The notes under the pieces are model-generated. The model had not been told where the DNA came from. It saw only the letters and a list, made by a program, of their open reading frames with translations, and searched no databases. A stretch of DNA of 64,000 nt, taken from assembly GCA_024638915.1 (NCBI GenBank), contig JAHEJJ010000005.1:670-64669 (forward strand), written 5' to 3'. Origin of the DNA: Robiginitalea sp. GTDB taxonomy: Bacteria; Bacteroidota; Bacteroidia; Flavobacteriales; Flavobacteriaceae. Each line of letters opens with the position of its first letter. The first letter of the stretch is position 1. The position numbers and the translations under genes are program-made. Shown piece by piece: positions 1 through 11,299 of the stretch.

Positions 1-491
1 CGGAGATTCATGAGAAAGTCGAAATGCCGATGCACGATGAAGATAGCATCAAAGCCAAAAACCTCACCAGCCTGAGGAGGGCCATCGTCCAGATCATTAT
101 AATCGACTTTATTTTTTCCATAGATTCCATACTTACGGCAGTGGGTATGACCAACGGTATCGGTGAAAAGCCCATAGATGCCCTGGTCTTAATGGTTATT
201 GCCGTAGTGGTGTCGATCATTATCATGATGGTATTTGCCAATGGTATCAGGGAATTTATCAATAAGCATCCCTCCATGCAATTATTGGCGCTTTCATTTC
301 TTATCCTGATAGGGTTTATGCTGATCGCAGAAGCGGCACATCTCAGCCATACGCGTATCTTCGACACAGAGATCGGAGTGATCCCCAAGGGTTATCTTTA
401 TTTTGCTATCGCGTTTTCGCTTCTGGTGGAATTCCTCAATATGAAGATGAGGAAGAATGTACCGGCCGAAGATACTGATCAACAGGGCTAA
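1..491 (+). CDS. TerC-family integral membrane protein, C-terminal part (5-prime end outside the window)
   Basis: The frame is open from the window edge, with no stop upstream of the ATG at 24. Multi-pass hydrophobic sequence with TerC-like segments (IIDFIFSIDSILTAVGMT, LILIGFMLIAEAAH). Confidence 0.65.
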   Translation, partial: EIHEKVEMPMHDEDSIKAKNLTSLRRAIVQIIIIDFIFSIDSILTAVGMTNGIGEKPIDALVLMVIAVVVSIIIMMVFANGIREFINKHPSMQLLALSFLILIGFMLIAEAAHLSHTRIFDTEIGVIPKGYLYFAIAFSLLVEFLNMKMRKNVPAEDTDQQG

Positions 492-503
492 TCAAAGCTT
501 CGT

Positions 504-938
504 TCAATTCTTCCGGGAATTACGCAAAAGTTCGTTTTGCTCTTCCATAAGGTTTTTTAACTGATCGAGTAGTTCTATATCTTTTGGGGTGACCTCTTCA
601 ATGTCTTTGGGGTTTTCAGCCTTAGTCCTTAACTTGTTCATGGCTTTGATCACGATGAATATGGTAAAGGCGATAATGATAAAATCGATCACGACTTCGA
701 TAAATTGACCATAGCCAATGGCGATGGCTTCCCCGTTTTCACTCGCCGGCTGTAAAACCCATTCTTTCTCCGCGAAACTCCGATCACCGGTGATCAAAGC
801 AAGCGGCGGCATAACTATTTTACGTACAAGTGTATTGACCACATTGTTGAAGGCTGTACCGATGATAATCCCCACGGCCATATCGATCATATTTCCCCTG
901 ACCGCAAAATTCTTGAATTCCTGAAACAGTTTTTTCAT
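504..938 (-). CDS. mscL: Large-conductance mechanosensitive channel
   Basis: 144 aa. The N-terminus FKNFAVRGNMIDMAVGIIIGTAF is the canonical MscL TM1 signature. Second TM helix and charged C-terminal helix present. Lies 12 nt downstream of parC, so probably co-transcribed. Confidence 0.9.
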   Translation of the reverse strand: MKKLFQEFKNFAVRGNMIDMAVGIIIGTAFNNVVNTLVRKIVMPPLALITGDRSFAEKEWVLQPASENGEAIAIGYGQFIEVVIDFIIIAFTIFIVIKAMNKLRTKAENPKDIEEVTPKDIELLDQLKNLMEEQNELLRNSRKN

Positions 939-950
939 CTTTTAAGTATT

Positions 951-3626
951 CTAGAAAAGAGTGGTCTGACCTTCCGATGATTTCGATTCATCATCGTTTT
1001 TGGCACCCTTCTGCTTCGATTTTTTTTCGGTTTTCTTACCCGCTGCTTTATCCTCAGTTACTACACTTTCCTCATCGATCACTTCGATATCGCGGGGTTC
1101 ATGAGTGGCTGGCTCCTCAAATGGTAAAGGTTCCAAAATATTGATATTTTTTACTTTATCGGAGGTGAGTTGATTGCCCAGTGCCCTGATTCCTTTTACC
1201 GCGATAAACTGTTCTATATCTATTTGCAGATTGGGCTTCGCATCCTTGCCCCTCGGTTTTACGAACTCGAGTTCCACCAATGGTCTCCAGTCTGTGGAAA
1301 CCAGTTCCAGATAGGATTTGGCATGGTCGGTGATCACATTCTCAACCCGGTCTTCCTTCTCGATCAGGAATCTTTTAACGTAATAGCGCTCTTTATCCCC
1401 ATCGTAATGAATAACCGAGATCGGTTTATTGGGCTTCCATTTTTCCAATACGATCATGTCGTCCTCAAAGCGCATAGTGACTTCGGGGATCGCTGTTCTC
1501 ACCTCCCCTTTTTGATTGATGATCAAAAGCCGGTCCTGACCCGTAAATTCGCCTAGCAGCTCCCCTCTTTCATCTGTGTTGAGTCGTTGGACGGTGTCGT
1601 CGAACCAAAGTTTTCTGGGTTTAAGGGTAGAGATCCCTTTTTCCTTCAACTCGATCCGTTTTACCGAATACTTTGTAACGATATTCCCTTTAGACCCACG
1701 ACCCTTAATCATCACGTCAGCAAAATCGAGCTCCCATTTCAGTTTCTTTATACTCCCAGACTGCCTTAGGTGCACGGTTACCACCTCGGCCTCACCGTTG
1801 GGGTTAGCAGAGAAATAGTGCACATCCGATCCTGATTTACCACCGCTGAGATCATAGACCTTATCGCGGGTTACCCCCGTAACATTGAACCGCTTTACAT
1901 AACTGGAGCCACCGCGGCCGTCCTTGTAGATCATGTTATAAGTGGTTCGGGCATCTTTCTTTTTAAAAACCGCCACATGGATGATGTTCTTGCCGATAAA
2001 AGTTTTGGAATCGACCTTGGTCACCACCATCTGTCCGCTTTTGGTGAAGACGATGATGTCGTCGATATCACTGCAGTCCGTTACATATTCATCCTTCCTG
2101 AGTGAGGTCCCGATAAAGCCCTCCTCGCGATTCACATAGAGTTTGGTATTTCGGATCACCACCTTGGTGGCTTCGATGTCGTCGAAAATTCGTATCTCTG
2201 ACTTCCGCTCACGCCCTTTGCCATATTTCTTCTTCAGATCTTTAAAATAGTCGATAGCATAGACCACCAGGTTTTCCAGATGGTGCCTGGTCTCTGCTAT
2301 TTTTTCTTCCAGGCTTTCGATATGTTGCTGTGCTTTGTCCAGATCGAATTTGGAAATTCTTTTGATTCTGATTTCGGTGAGCCGCACAATATCTTCCCTG
2401 TTTACAGGCCTTTTCAGATGCTTAGTGTGTGGTTGCAAACCTTTTTCGATGGCACGGATCACCCCTTCCCAGGTCTCCTCTTCCTCGATATCCCTATAGA
2501 TCCGGTTTTCTATAAAAATACGTTCAAGAGAGGCAAAATGCCATTGCTCCTCTAACTCGCTCAACTGGATCTCCAATTCGGCCTTGAGCAATTCAAGCGT
2601 ATTATCAGTAGAGCGCACGAGCATTTCTTTTACCCCGATAAATAGCGGCTTATTATCTTCTATTACACAACCCAAAGGAGAAATGGAAGATTCACAGGCT
2701 GTAAAAGCATAGAGGGCATCGATCGTTTTGTCTGGTGAAAGGCCGGATGGTAAATGCACCAGGATCTCTACTTCCGCAGCGGTATTGTCCTCTATTTTCT
2801 TGATTTTGATCTTACCCTTATCGTTAGCTTTCAGGATAGAATCTATGAGCGAAGAAGTATTGGTGGTAAATGGGATCTCTTTGATCACCAGCGTGTTCTT
2901 ATCCAGTTGATTGATGCGGGCGCGAACCCTGATCTTCCCCCCACGGTTCCCTTCGTTATAATTTGTCACATCGATGATTCCGGCGGTTGGGAAATCCGGG
3001 AATATTTTAAATCGCTGGCCTTTGAGATGTTTTATCGAGGCATCGATCAGTTCATTAAAATTATGGGGCAAGATTTTTGTGGACAGACCAACTGCAATCC
3101 CTTCGGCCCCCTGTGCCAGGAGTAAAGGAAACTTAACCGGCAAATTTACCGGTTCTTTTTTACGGCCATCATAGCTCAGTTGCCACTCTGTGATCTTCGG
3201 ACTAAAAACTACTTCAAGGGCAAACTTTGATAAACGCGCCTCGATATAACGGGAGGCGGCAGCACTATCACCGGTAAGTATGTTTCCCCAGTTACCCTGG
3301 GTATCGATCAGCAGATCCTTCTGTCCGATCTGGACCATCGCATCGGCGATACTGGCATCTCCGTGAGGGTGATATTGCATGGTGTGCCCAACTACATTGG
3401 CCACTTTATTATAGCGACCATCATCGAGCTCCTTTAAGGCGTGCATAATCCTTCGCTGCACCGGCTTAAATCCATCCTCAATAGCAGGAACGGCCCGTTC
3501 CAGGATCACATAAGAGGCATAATCCAAGAACCAATCCTTGTACATCCCGGTTACCCTGGTGAGCGTCTCCGCATTGGCATTCTGGTCTTCTTCCCAATTT
3601 TCGTTCACTTCTCCATTCTCTTCCAT
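951..3626 (-). CDS. parC: DNA topoisomerase IV subunit A (type IIA topoisomerase A subunit)
   Basis: 891 aa. GyrA/ParC N-terminal motifs (ERAVPAIEDGFKPVQRRIMHAL, AAASRYIEARL with the catalytic Tyr). Located directly downstream of a short ParE-type B subunit. Lys/Ser-rich acidic-basic C-terminal tail. Confidence 0.85.
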   Translation of the reverse strand: MEENGEVNENWEEDQNANAETLTRVTGMYKDWFLDYASYVILERAVPAIEDGFKPVQRRIMHALKELDDGRYNKVANVVGHTMQYHPHGDASIADAMVQIGQKDLLIDTQGNWGNILTGDSAAASRYIEARLSKFALEVVFSPKITEWQLSYDGRKKEPVNLPVKFPLLLAQGAEGIAVGLSTKILPHNFNELIDASIKHLKGQRFKIFPDFPTAGIIDVTNYNEGNRGGKIRVRARINQLDKNTLVIKEIPFTTNTSSLIDSILKANDKGKIKIKKIEDNTAAEVEILVHLPSGLSPDKTIDALYAFTACESSISPLGCVIEDNKPLFIGVKEMLVRSTDNTLELLKAELEIQLSELEEQWHFASLERIFIENRIYRDIEEEETWEGVIRAIEKGLQPHTKHLKRPVNREDIVRLTEIRIKRISKFDLDKAQQHIESLEEKIAETRHHLENLVVYAIDYFKDLKKKYGKGRERKSEIRIFDDIEATKVVIRNTKLYVNREEGFIGTSLRKDEYVTDCSDIDDIIVFTKSGQMVVTKVDSKTFIGKNIIHVAVFKKKDARTTYNMIYKDGRGGSSYVKRFNVTGVTRDKVYDLSGGKSGSDVHYFSANPNGEAEVVTVHLRQSGSIKKLKWELDFADVMIKGRGSKGNIVTKYSVKRIELKEKGISTLKPRKLWFDDTVQRLNTDERGELLGEFTGQDRLLIINQKGEVRTAIPEVTMRFEDDMIVLEKWKPNKPISVIHYDGDKERYYVKRFLIEKEDRVENVITDHAKSYLELVSTDWRPLVELEFVKPRGKDAKPNLQIDIEQFIAVKGIRALGNQLTSDKVKNINILEPLPFEEPATHEPRDIEVIDEESVVTEDKAAGKKTEKKSKQKGAKNDDESKSSEGQTTLF

Positions 3627-3648
3627 TAGGAAAGACTTAATTTCTGAT

Positions 3649-5508
3649 TTACAATTGGTTCTCTTCTATTAAATCAACTTCTACTTTAAGATTTTCGATG
3701 ATGAATTCCTGTCGGTCAGGGGTGTTTTTTCCCATATAGAATTTAAGGAGTTCCTCTATAGACATCGCTTTGTCGAGCATCACAGGCTCCAGCCTGATAT
3801 CGTCGCCGATAAAATGTTTGAATTCATCGGGAGAGATCTCTCCTAACCCCTTAAACCGGGTTATTTCAGGTTTGCCCTTGAGCTTCTTGATCGCTGCGGA
3901 TTTTTCCTCCTGGTTATAACAATAGATCGTCTCTTTCTTGTCGCGTACCCTGAACAGAGGGGTTTGAAGGATATAAAGGTGGTTCTCCTTGATCAGTTCG
4001 GGGAAGAATTGCAGGAAAAAAGTAATGAGCAATAATCGGATATGCATCCCGTCCACATCGGCATCAGTAGCGATCACGATATTGTTATATCTGAGGTCTT
4101 CCATAGAATCCTCAATGTTCAATGCGGCCTGCAGCAGGTTGAACTCTTCATTTTCATACACGATCTTCTTGCTCATCCCGTAGGAGTTTAGCGGCTTACC
4201 CCTCAGGCTAAAGACCGCCTGGGTATTGACATCCCTCGATTTGGTGATCGAACCCGAAGCAGAATCCCCTTCAGTGATGAATAAGGTTGATTCGAGTCTT
4301 CTTTCATTTTTCATATCACCAAGGTGGATACGACAATCCCGAAGCTTTTTATTATGCAGGCTGGCTTTTTTAGCTCGTTCGCGGGCCAGTTTGCGGATCC
4401 CAGACAATTCCTTCCGTTCTTTTTCGGCCTGCATGATCTTTCGTTGTATGCTATCGGCCACCTCGGTGTTCTTATGCAAAAAATTATCGAGCTGCTTCCC
4501 GACGAAGTCATTGATATATGTACGAACGGTGGGCAGGCCATCCCCCATTTCTGTGGAACCCAGTTTGGTTTTGGTCTGGCTTTCGAAAACCGGCTCCATC
4601 ACTTTGATAGAAATTGCAGCGATGATCGATTTGCGTATATCTGAAGCTTCGTAATTCTTACCGTAATAATCCCTGAGCGTTTTTACAATAGCTTCACGGA
4701 AAGCCGATTGATGGGTACCGCCCTGTGTGGTGTGTTGGCCGTTTACAAAGGCCTGGTATTCCTCGCTATACTGTGTCTTACTGTGTGTCATCGCCAGTTC
4801 GATGTCTTTACCTTTGAGATGAATGATGGGGTACAGCATATCATCGGCGCTGTTCTGGTCTTCCAGAAGGTCTTTTAAACCATTTTCAGAATAATACTTC
4901 TCACCGTTGAAAACAATAGTGAGTCCGGGATTGAGATAGACGTAGTTCTTAAGCATGCGTTCCACATACTCATTGCGGTACTTATATTTCTTAAAAATAC
5001 CGATGTCTGGCGTGAAAGTGACCTTGGTACCCCTCCTGCGGGAGGTCTCCTCCAGATATTCCTCATCGATGAGTTCTCCCAAATTAAACTCTGCGGCTTT
5101 GGATTTACCATCCCGGGTGGATTCCACACGAAAATAGGCAGACAGCGCGTTAACCGCTTTTGTCCCAACCCCGTTTAACCCAACGGATTTCTTAAATGCG
5201 CGGGTATCGTACTTTCCTCCGGTATTCATCTTCGATACCACATCAACCACCTTACCCAGGGGTATGCCCCGGCCGTAATCGCGCACATTTACCTTATCGC
5301 CCTGAATGGAAATATCGATGGTTTTCCCGGCGCCCATTACGAATTCATCGATACAATTATCGATCACCTCTTTGAGGAGGATGTAGATTCCGTCGTCGTG
5401 TGAAGAGCCATCACCCAGCTTACCGATGTACATACCGGGCCTCATCCTGATGTGCTCTTTCCAGTCGAGCGAGCGGATATTTTCCTCTGTATATTGGGAT
5501 TGCGCCAT
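3649..5508 (-). CDS. parE: DNA topoisomerase IV subunit B
   Basis: 619 aa. GHKL ATPase motifs ([15 protein letters not shown]), TOPRIM EGDSA and DADVDG motifs. Shorter than a typical GyrB and paired with parC. Confidence 0.85.
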   Translation of the reverse strand: MAQSQYTEENIRSLDWKEHIRMRPGMYIGKLGDGSSHDDGIYILLKEVIDNCIDEFVMGAGKTIDISIQGDKVNVRDYGRGIPLGKVVDVVSKMNTGGKYDTRAFKKSVGLNGVGTKAVNALSAYFRVESTRDGKSKAAEFNLGELIDEEYLEETSRRRGTKVTFTPDIGIFKKYKYRNEYVERMLKNYVYLNPGLTIVFNGEKYYSENGLKDLLEDQNSADDMLYPIIHLKGKDIELAMTHSKTQYSEEYQAFVNGQHTTQGGTHQSAFREAIVKTLRDYYGKNYEASDIRKSIIAAISIKVMEPVFESQTKTKLGSTEMGDGLPTVRTYINDFVGKQLDNFLHKNTEVADSIQRKIMQAEKERKELSGIRKLARERAKKASLHNKKLRDCRIHLGDMKNERRLESTLFITEGDSASGSITKSRDVNTQAVFSLRGKPLNSYGMSKKIVYENEEFNLLQAALNIEDSMEDLRYNNIVIATDADVDGMHIRLLLITFFLQFFPELIKENHLYILQTPLFRVRDKKETIYCYNQEEKSAAIKKLKGKPEITRFKGLGEISPDEFKHFIGDDIRLEPVMLDKAMSIEELLKFYMGKNTPDRQEFIIENLKVEVDLIEENQL

Positions 5509-5649
5509 ATAATTTGGGGATTATACTTGCTAATATAGAATTATAGCCCAGAAATCAAAATGTAGCCCGAAGAAAGTAATTAACAATAAAAGTACCGTAA
5601 TTGTTGATATTTATAGGATCTCAGACCTCCTTTTTACTCCTAATTACGA

Positions 5650-6744
5650 CTATACATTAAACCTAAAATGCATCACATCGCCGTCTTTTACCACATAATC
5701 TTTCCCTTCGATCCGCATTTTACCAGCTTCCTTTACCTTAGCCTCACTTCCGTATTTTTGGTAATCCGCCAAGGCGATCACCTCGGCCCGGATAAATCCT
5801 TTTTCAAAATCGGTATGGATAACCCCGGCGGCCTGAGGGGCGGTAACACCGATAGGGATGGTCCAGGCACGCACTTCCTTTGGTCCGGCTGTAAAGTACG
5901 TCTGTAAATGCAAAAGGTTGTATGCTGCCTGTATCAGCTTTGAGGACCCGGGCTCTTCCAGTCCCAGATCTTCGAGAAACATCTGGCGCTCCTCATAGGT
6001 CTCAAGTTCCATAATATCGGCCTCGGTACCAACGGCCAGCACCAATATCTCTGCTTCCTCTCCCTCCACCGCTTTGCGGACCTTGTCTACATAATGGTTT
6101 CCATCAACCGCAGAAGCCTCATCTACGTTGCAGACATAGAGAACCGGCTTATCCGTGATCAGCTGCAGCGTTTTTACGTATTCCTGTCGGTCTTCCTCAG
6201 CGATATTCAAGGCACGCACTGAAATTCCAGACTCCAGGCCATCTTTAAGTTCCGTGAGTACCGCAACCTCCTTCTGGGCTTCCTTATCCCCGGTTTTAGC
6301 CGCCCTGCCTACCCTGTCGAGCCTTTTCTCCACAGATTCCAGGTCTTTTAGCTGCAGCTCCATATCGATCGTTTCTTTATCCCGCACCGGATTAACCGAG
6401 CCGTCAACATGAACTACATTATCATGGTCAAAACAGCGCAATACGTGCAGGATGGCATCGGTTTCCCGAATGTTAGCCAGAAACTGGTTGCCAAGGCCTT
6501 CCCCTTTACTCGCGCCTTTAACCAGGCCAGCTATGTCTACTATTTCGACCGTGGCCGGGATCACCTTTTCCGGATTCACCAATTTATCAAGCTGCTCAAG
6601 CCTCGGGTCGGGCACATTAACCACACCTATATTGGGTTCAATCGTACAGAACGGGAAGTTTGCACTCTGTGCTTTCGCATTGGAAAGACAATTAAAGAGT
6701 GTAGATTTTCCAACATTAGGCAAGCCTACGATCCCTGCTTTCAT
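5650..6744 (-). CDS. ychF: Redox-regulated ATPase YchF (Obg-family GTPase/ATPase)
   Basis: 364 aa. P-loop [12 protein letters not shown], a TGS-like C-terminal domain and full-length collinearity with YchF. Confidence 0.92.
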   Translation of the reverse strand: MKAGIVGLPNVGKSTLFNCLSNAKAQSANFPFCTIEPNIGVVNVPDPRLEQLDKLVNPEKVIPATVEIVDIAGLVKGASKGEGLGNQFLANIRETDAILHVLRCFDHDNVVHVDGSVNPVRDKETIDMELQLKDLESVEKRLDRVGRAAKTGDKEAQKEVAVLTELKDGLESGISVRALNIAEEDRQEYVKTLQLITDKPVLYVCNVDEASAVDGNHYVDKVRKAVEGEEAEILVLAVGTEADIMELETYEERQMFLEDLGLEEPGSSKLIQAAYNLLHLQTYFTAGPKEVRAWTIPIGVTAPQAAGVIHTDFEKGFIRAEVIALADYQKYGSEAKVKEAGKMRIEGKDYVVKDGDVMHFRFNV

Positions 6745-6765
6745 AATCGATCTTGTTTAAGCGTG

Positions 6766-6773
6766 CAAATATA
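6766..6773 (-). promoter_or_regulatory. Candidate Bacteroidota -7 promoter element (TATATTTG) for ychF
   Basis: The reverse complement of caaatata is TATATTTG, a perfect match to TAnnTTTG. It ends 22 nt upstream of the ychF ATG. Confidence 0.4.
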
Positions 6774-6812
6774 GTTTTTACTGGTATATTTAGCCTACAA
6801 GAATATGGTTGA

Positions 6813-7598
6813 ATGCAAAAAATCGTACTTCAGGGCATCGCCTATGATGACAAGTCTTCATACCTGAGAGGAACCGCCAAGGCACCCCCGGTAATCAGGG
6901 AATCTTACCGTAGTATTTCTGCGAATTATTATGCCGAAAACGGCATGGAGATCCTACCTGAAATATTTGAAGATGTCGGTGATATTACTCCAAATCAATA
7001 TTTTGACATAGAAGATTTTACAAAAAGTAATCTAAATAAAAAGTTTAGATTAATTACCCTCGGTGGGGATCACTCCATAACCTACCCGGTCTTCCGGGCT
7101 TTCCAAAACCAGAAAGGCCCCGTGGATATTTTGCATATCGATGCCCATGCTGACCTATACAACGAGTTCGGGGGTGATCCGTATAGTCATGCTTGCCCCT
7201 TTGCACGTATTATGGAAGAAGGCCTTGCCAGCCGACTTGTTCAGGTTGGGATCAGGACCATGACCCGTCATCAGCAGGAGCAGGCTGACAGATTTTCGTC
7301 AGAGGTGATACCCTCCGCCGGATTTTCGACCGCAGCCCTGCCCGAATTTAAAAATCCACTCTACTTAAGTCTCGATATGGATGCTCTGGATCCTGCATAT
7401 GCACCCGGAATCTCCCACTATGAGCCAGGTGGATTAACGAGCCGGCAGGTTATCGATATCATACAGCACATTAATATGCCGCTGCTGGGAGCAGATATCG
7501 TAGAATACAATCCCACACGTGACATCAATCAAATGACCGGAATGCTGTGTGCCAAGTTTCTAAAAGAGATCAGCGCGAAAATGCTTGAGTTTGCTTGA
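6813..7598 (+). CDS. Arginase/agmatinase/formimidoylglutamase-family ureohydrolase
   Basis: 261 aa. Mn-binding motifs GGDHS, DAHADL and SLDMDALDP. Confidence 0.8.
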   Translation: MQKIVLQGIAYDDKSSYLRGTAKAPPVIRESYRSISANYYAENGMEILPEIFEDVGDITPNQYFDIEDFTKSNLNKKFRLITLGGDHSITYPVFRAFQNQKGPVDILHIDAHADLYNEFGGDPYSHACPFARIMEEGLASRLVQVGIRTMTRHQQEQADRFSSEVIPSAGFSTAALPEFKNPLYLSLDMDALDPAYAPGISHYEPGGLTSRQVIDIIQHINMPLLGADIVEYNPTRDINQMTGMLCAKFLKEISAKMLEFA

Positions 7599-7601
7599 TG
7601 T

Positions 7602-7967
<366 letters not shown>

Positions 7968-8006
7968 CTAATGCTTATTTTTACGCAAAACTAATTCCAA
8001 AAGGTC

Positions 8007-9086
8007 TTGCAGACAAATATAATATCGGGTGTCGAGGAAAGATTACAAGCTTTTGTTAAACTTGGTCAGTGTTTTGTCGACTTCGTTCGGTGGAACGCAA
8101 CAGAAGAGCAGCCGACTACTGGCGGGATGGAATGGCTGATAAAAATGAAGTCAACGGTCGAGCAGGCCGAATTACAGAATAGATGGTTTACCTCTGAAAA
8201 TGTACTTTACGCCCTGGAAGGCTGGGGCGAGCTCCTGCAGGAAAATCGTTTGAGAGCCTGGCTTGCCCATTATACGCTCACTCAGATCCAGCCCAAGACT
8301 ATTGCGGTTATCACTGCAGGGAATATTCCACTGGTGGGTTTTCACGATGTCCTTTGTACGCTTATCACCGGACATAAGGCCTTGATCAAGTGCTCTTCAA
8401 ACGATAAGGTAATTTTGCCTTTTGTTGCAGATTTTTTGCAGTCTCAAGCCGATCAGTTCAGGGGTAAAATCGAGTTTAGCGAAGGTGTCCTGAAGGATTT
8501 TGATGCTGTGATCGCGACGGGGAGTAACAATACCGCCCGTTATTTTGAATATTATTTCGGCAAAAAACCACACATCATACGAAAGAACAGAAATTCCGTA
8601 GCCGTGCTCACCGGCCACGAAACCAAAGATGAGCTGGCACTACTTGGAGAAGATGTGTTCAGGTATTTCGGACTCGGCTGCCGTTCGGTATCCAAATTAT
8701 TTGTGCCCCGGGGATATGACTTCGACAGCTTATTGCAGTCTATTTATAATTACGGTGCCTTATTGGAACATAATAAGTTCACAAACAATTACGATTATAA
8801 CAAGGCGGTATACCTTATGAGTGAGTTCGATATTCTCGACAATGGATTTGTAATGCTCAAAGAAGATCCGCGATACGCCTCACCTATCGCAACACTCTTC
8901 TATGAATACTACGATTCTCCTGAAAATTTAAAACAGCGATTGAAGCAGGATGAAAATCAGATACAATGTGTGGTCGCCAGAGAATTTGTGGCCGATGAAG
9001 TTCCATTTGGACAAACACAACGTCCGGATTTAAACGACTACGCTGATCGGATAGATACTGTTGAATTCCTGTTGAGAAACCAATAG
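8007..9086 (+). CDS. LuxC-like acyl-CoA reductase family protein
   Basis: 359 aa. Recognised from overall similarity to the flavobacterial LuxC-type acyl-CoA reductase family and from its conserved position between ferredoxin and serC. The only in-frame start that keeps the conserved N-terminus is TTG at 8007; an in-frame stop lies at 7992. Confidence 0.6.
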   Translation: MQTNIISGVEERLQAFVKLGQCFVDFVRWNATEEQPTTGGMEWLIKMKSTVEQAELQNRWFTSENVLYALEGWGELLQENRLRAWLAHYTLTQIQPKTIAVITAGNIPLVGFHDVLCTLITGHKALIKCSSNDKVILPFVADFLQSQADQFRGKIEFSEGVLKDFDAVIATGSNNTARYFEYYFGKKPHIIRKNRNSVAVLTGHETKDELALLGEDVFRYFGLGCRSVSKLFVPRGYDFDSLLQSIYNYGALLEHNKFTNNYDYNKAVYLMSEFDILDNGFVMLKEDPRYASPIATLFYEYYDSPENLKQRLKQDENQIQCVVAREFVADEVPFGQTQRPDLNDYADRIDTVEFLLRNQ

Positions 9087-9246
9087 AAATTTCTATATTT
9101 TCACTCCGCTATTTCGTCATAATTTATGACCTTTGGGGCCTGGTGGAAAAGGCTGATAAAGATGAGCGTATTCCACATCCACCGGAGGATATCAAATGGT
9201 GCTAAAAACGCCGATAATTGAATCTCTTCTTATTAAAATTTTAAAA

Positions 9247-10311
9247 ATGAAAAAGCACAATTTTAGCGCAGGACCCTGTATACTTCCTCAGGAGGTGATG
9301 AAAAAAGCTTCTGAAGCTGTTATTGAACTCAATGAAATCGGATTATCGCTTATTGAGATTTCCCATCGCAGCAAAGATTTTGTCGACATTATGGAACAGG
9401 CCAGGTCACTGGCGCTGGAATTGCTTGGTCTGGAGGGAAAAGGATACAAAGCCCTTTATCTTCAGGGGGGTGCCAGCCTGGAATTCCTGATGGTGGCCTA
9501 TAATCTTCTCGAGACTAAAGCAGGATATGTGAATACCGGTACCTGGAGCGATAAGGCCATTAAGGAAGCAAGGCTCGTGGGTGAAGTACTTGAGATTGCC
9601 TCTTCAAAGGATAAAAATTTCAATTATATTCCTAGGGGTTATATGGTACCCAATGATTTGGACTATTTGCATCTTACCTCCAACAATACGATCTTCGGGA
9701 CACAGATCAAGGAATTCCCCAAAACCAATGTTCCTTTGGTATGTGATATGAGTTCCGATATTTTTTCCCGCCAGATGGATTTTTCGCAATTCGATCTCAT
9801 TTATGCCGGGGCTCAAAAAAATATGGGACCGGCCGGAACAACCCTTGTGGTCGTCAAGGAAGAGATACTGGGGCAGGTAAGTCGGAAAGTACCTTCTATG
9901 TTGAACTATCAGGTTCATATCAACAAGGATAGCATGTTCAATACTCCTGCCGTCTTTCCGGTCTATGTTTGTATGTTAACACTTCAGTGGCTTAAAGATA
10001 TGGGGGGAATACCGGCCATTGAAGAGATCAATGAAAAAAAGGCCAAGTTGCTTTATTCGGAAATCGACCTAAATCCGCTCTTTAATGGTTTTGCCAAAAC
10101 GGAAGATCGTTCGAATATGAATGCCACTTTTACCCTTGAGGATGAAACTTTAAAAGATACCTTTGATGCCATGTGGAAAGAGTCTGGGATCAACGGTTTG
10201 AACGGCCATCGATCGGTTGGCGGATACCGCGCTTCAATGTATAACGCTCTCCCGCTTGAAAGCGTTGGGGTTTTGGTCGATATCATGAGCGATTTGGAGC
10301 GTAAGGCATAG
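9247..10311 (+). CDS. serC: 3-phosphoserine/phosphohydroxythreonine aminotransferase
   Basis: MKKHNFSAGPCILPQEV is the canonical SerC N-terminus, and GAQKNMGPAG contains the PLP lysine. The track ORF starts 17 codons earlier at 9196; the internal ATG at 9247 is preferred. Confidence 0.9.
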   Translation: MKKHNFSAGPCILPQEVMKKASEAVIELNEIGLSLIEISHRSKDFVDIMEQARSLALELLGLEGKGYKALYLQGGASLEFLMVAYNLLETKAGYVNTGTWSDKAIKEARLVGEVLEIASSKDKNFNYIPRGYMVPNDLDYLHLTSNNTIFGTQIKEFPKTNVPLVCDMSSDIFSRQMDFSQFDLIYAGAQKNMGPAGTTLVVVKEEILGQVSRKVPSMLNYQVHINKDSMFNTPAVFPVYVCMLTLQWLKDMGGIPAIEEINEKKAKLLYSEIDLNPLFNGFAKTEDRSNMNATFTLEDETLKDTFDAMWKESGINGLNGHRSVGGYRASMYNALPLESVGVLVDIMSDLERKA

Positions 10312-10337
10312 AAACAATAAAATTTAAAAGAGACTAT

Positions 10338-11288
10338 ATGAAGATCTTAGCAAATGACGGGATCTCGAACAAAGGGATCACTAATCTTCAAGAGGCAGGT
10401 TTTCAGGTGGAGACCACCAATGTGGCACAGGAACAACTGGCCCGATACATCAACGACAATAATGTAGTGGGGCTTTTAGTAAGGAGTGCTACGCAGGTAA
10501 GAAAGGAATTAATAGATGCCTGCCCTGGTCTAAAACTCATCGGTCGTGGAGGCGTGGGTATGGACAATATCGATGTGGAATATGCTCGTTCTAAAGGATT
10601 ACATGTGATCAATACACCGGCTGCATCATCGGAGTCTGTGGCCGAATTGGTATTTGCCCATTTATTTGGTTCGGTGAGATTTTTGCATGATGCCAACCGG
10701 AATATGCCATTGGAGGGCGACAGCAATTTTAAAAAGCTTAAGAAACTCTATGCCAAGGGTACTGAGTTAAGGGGAAAAACGCTTGGAATCCTGGGCTTTG
10801 GTCGGATCGGACAGGCCACAGCCCGTATTGCCCTGGGAATTGGTATGAAAGTGCAGTACCACGATCCTTTTATTGATCAGGCGCAAATTGATCTGAACTT
10901 TTACGATGGGCAGAAGATAACTTTCAACTTTAAGAGCATTTCGAAGGAAGAACTGTTAAAATCGTCAGATCTGATTACGCTGCATGTTCCGGCCCAAGAT
11001 CAATATGTTATTGGCAAAAAGGAATTCGACATCATGAAGGAAGGCGTTGGGATTATCAATGCTGCACGTGGTGGCGTGGTCGACGAAGAAGCACTCGTAG
11101 AAATGCTCGAAAGCGGTAAAGTAGCTTTCGCCGGCCTCGATGTTTTTGAAACTGAACCCTCGCCTCAAATAAAAATACTGATGCATCCGAAAGTTTCCTT
11201 GTCCCCTCATATTGGCGCGGCCACCGGGGAAGCCCAGGATCGAATTGGGGAAGAGCTTGCCAACCAGATAATATCGCTTCTAAAGTAG
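10338..11288 (+). CDS. serA: D-3-phosphoglycerate dehydrogenase (short D-2-hydroxyacid dehydrogenase type, no ACT domain)
   Basis: 316 aa. NAD fold GILGFGRIGQ, catalytic-region motifs (NAARGGVVDE, SPHIGA). Adjacent to serC. Confidence 0.8.
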   Translation: MKILANDGISNKGITNLQEAGFQVETTNVAQEQLARYINDNNVVGLLVRSATQVRKELIDACPGLKLIGRGGVGMDNIDVEYARSKGLHVINTPAASSESVAELVFAHLFGSVRFLHDANRNMPLEGDSNFKKLKKLYAKGTELRGKTLGILGFGRIGQATARIALGIGMKVQYHDPFIDQAQIDLNFYDGQKITFNFKSISKEELLKSSDLITLHVPAQDQYVIGKKEFDIMKEGVGIINAARGGVVDEEALVEMLESGKVAFAGLDVFETEPSPQIKILMHPKVSLSPHIGAATGEAQDRIGEELANQIISLLK

Positions 11289-11299
11289 AATTACAGATA

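Noticed and set aside
4226-4654. 142-aa and 106-aa plus-strand ORFs inside parE, with similar ones inside parC (1170-1556, 2754-3125)
   Set aside because: They are antisense to genes with canonical topoisomerase motifs, so they are shadow ORFs.
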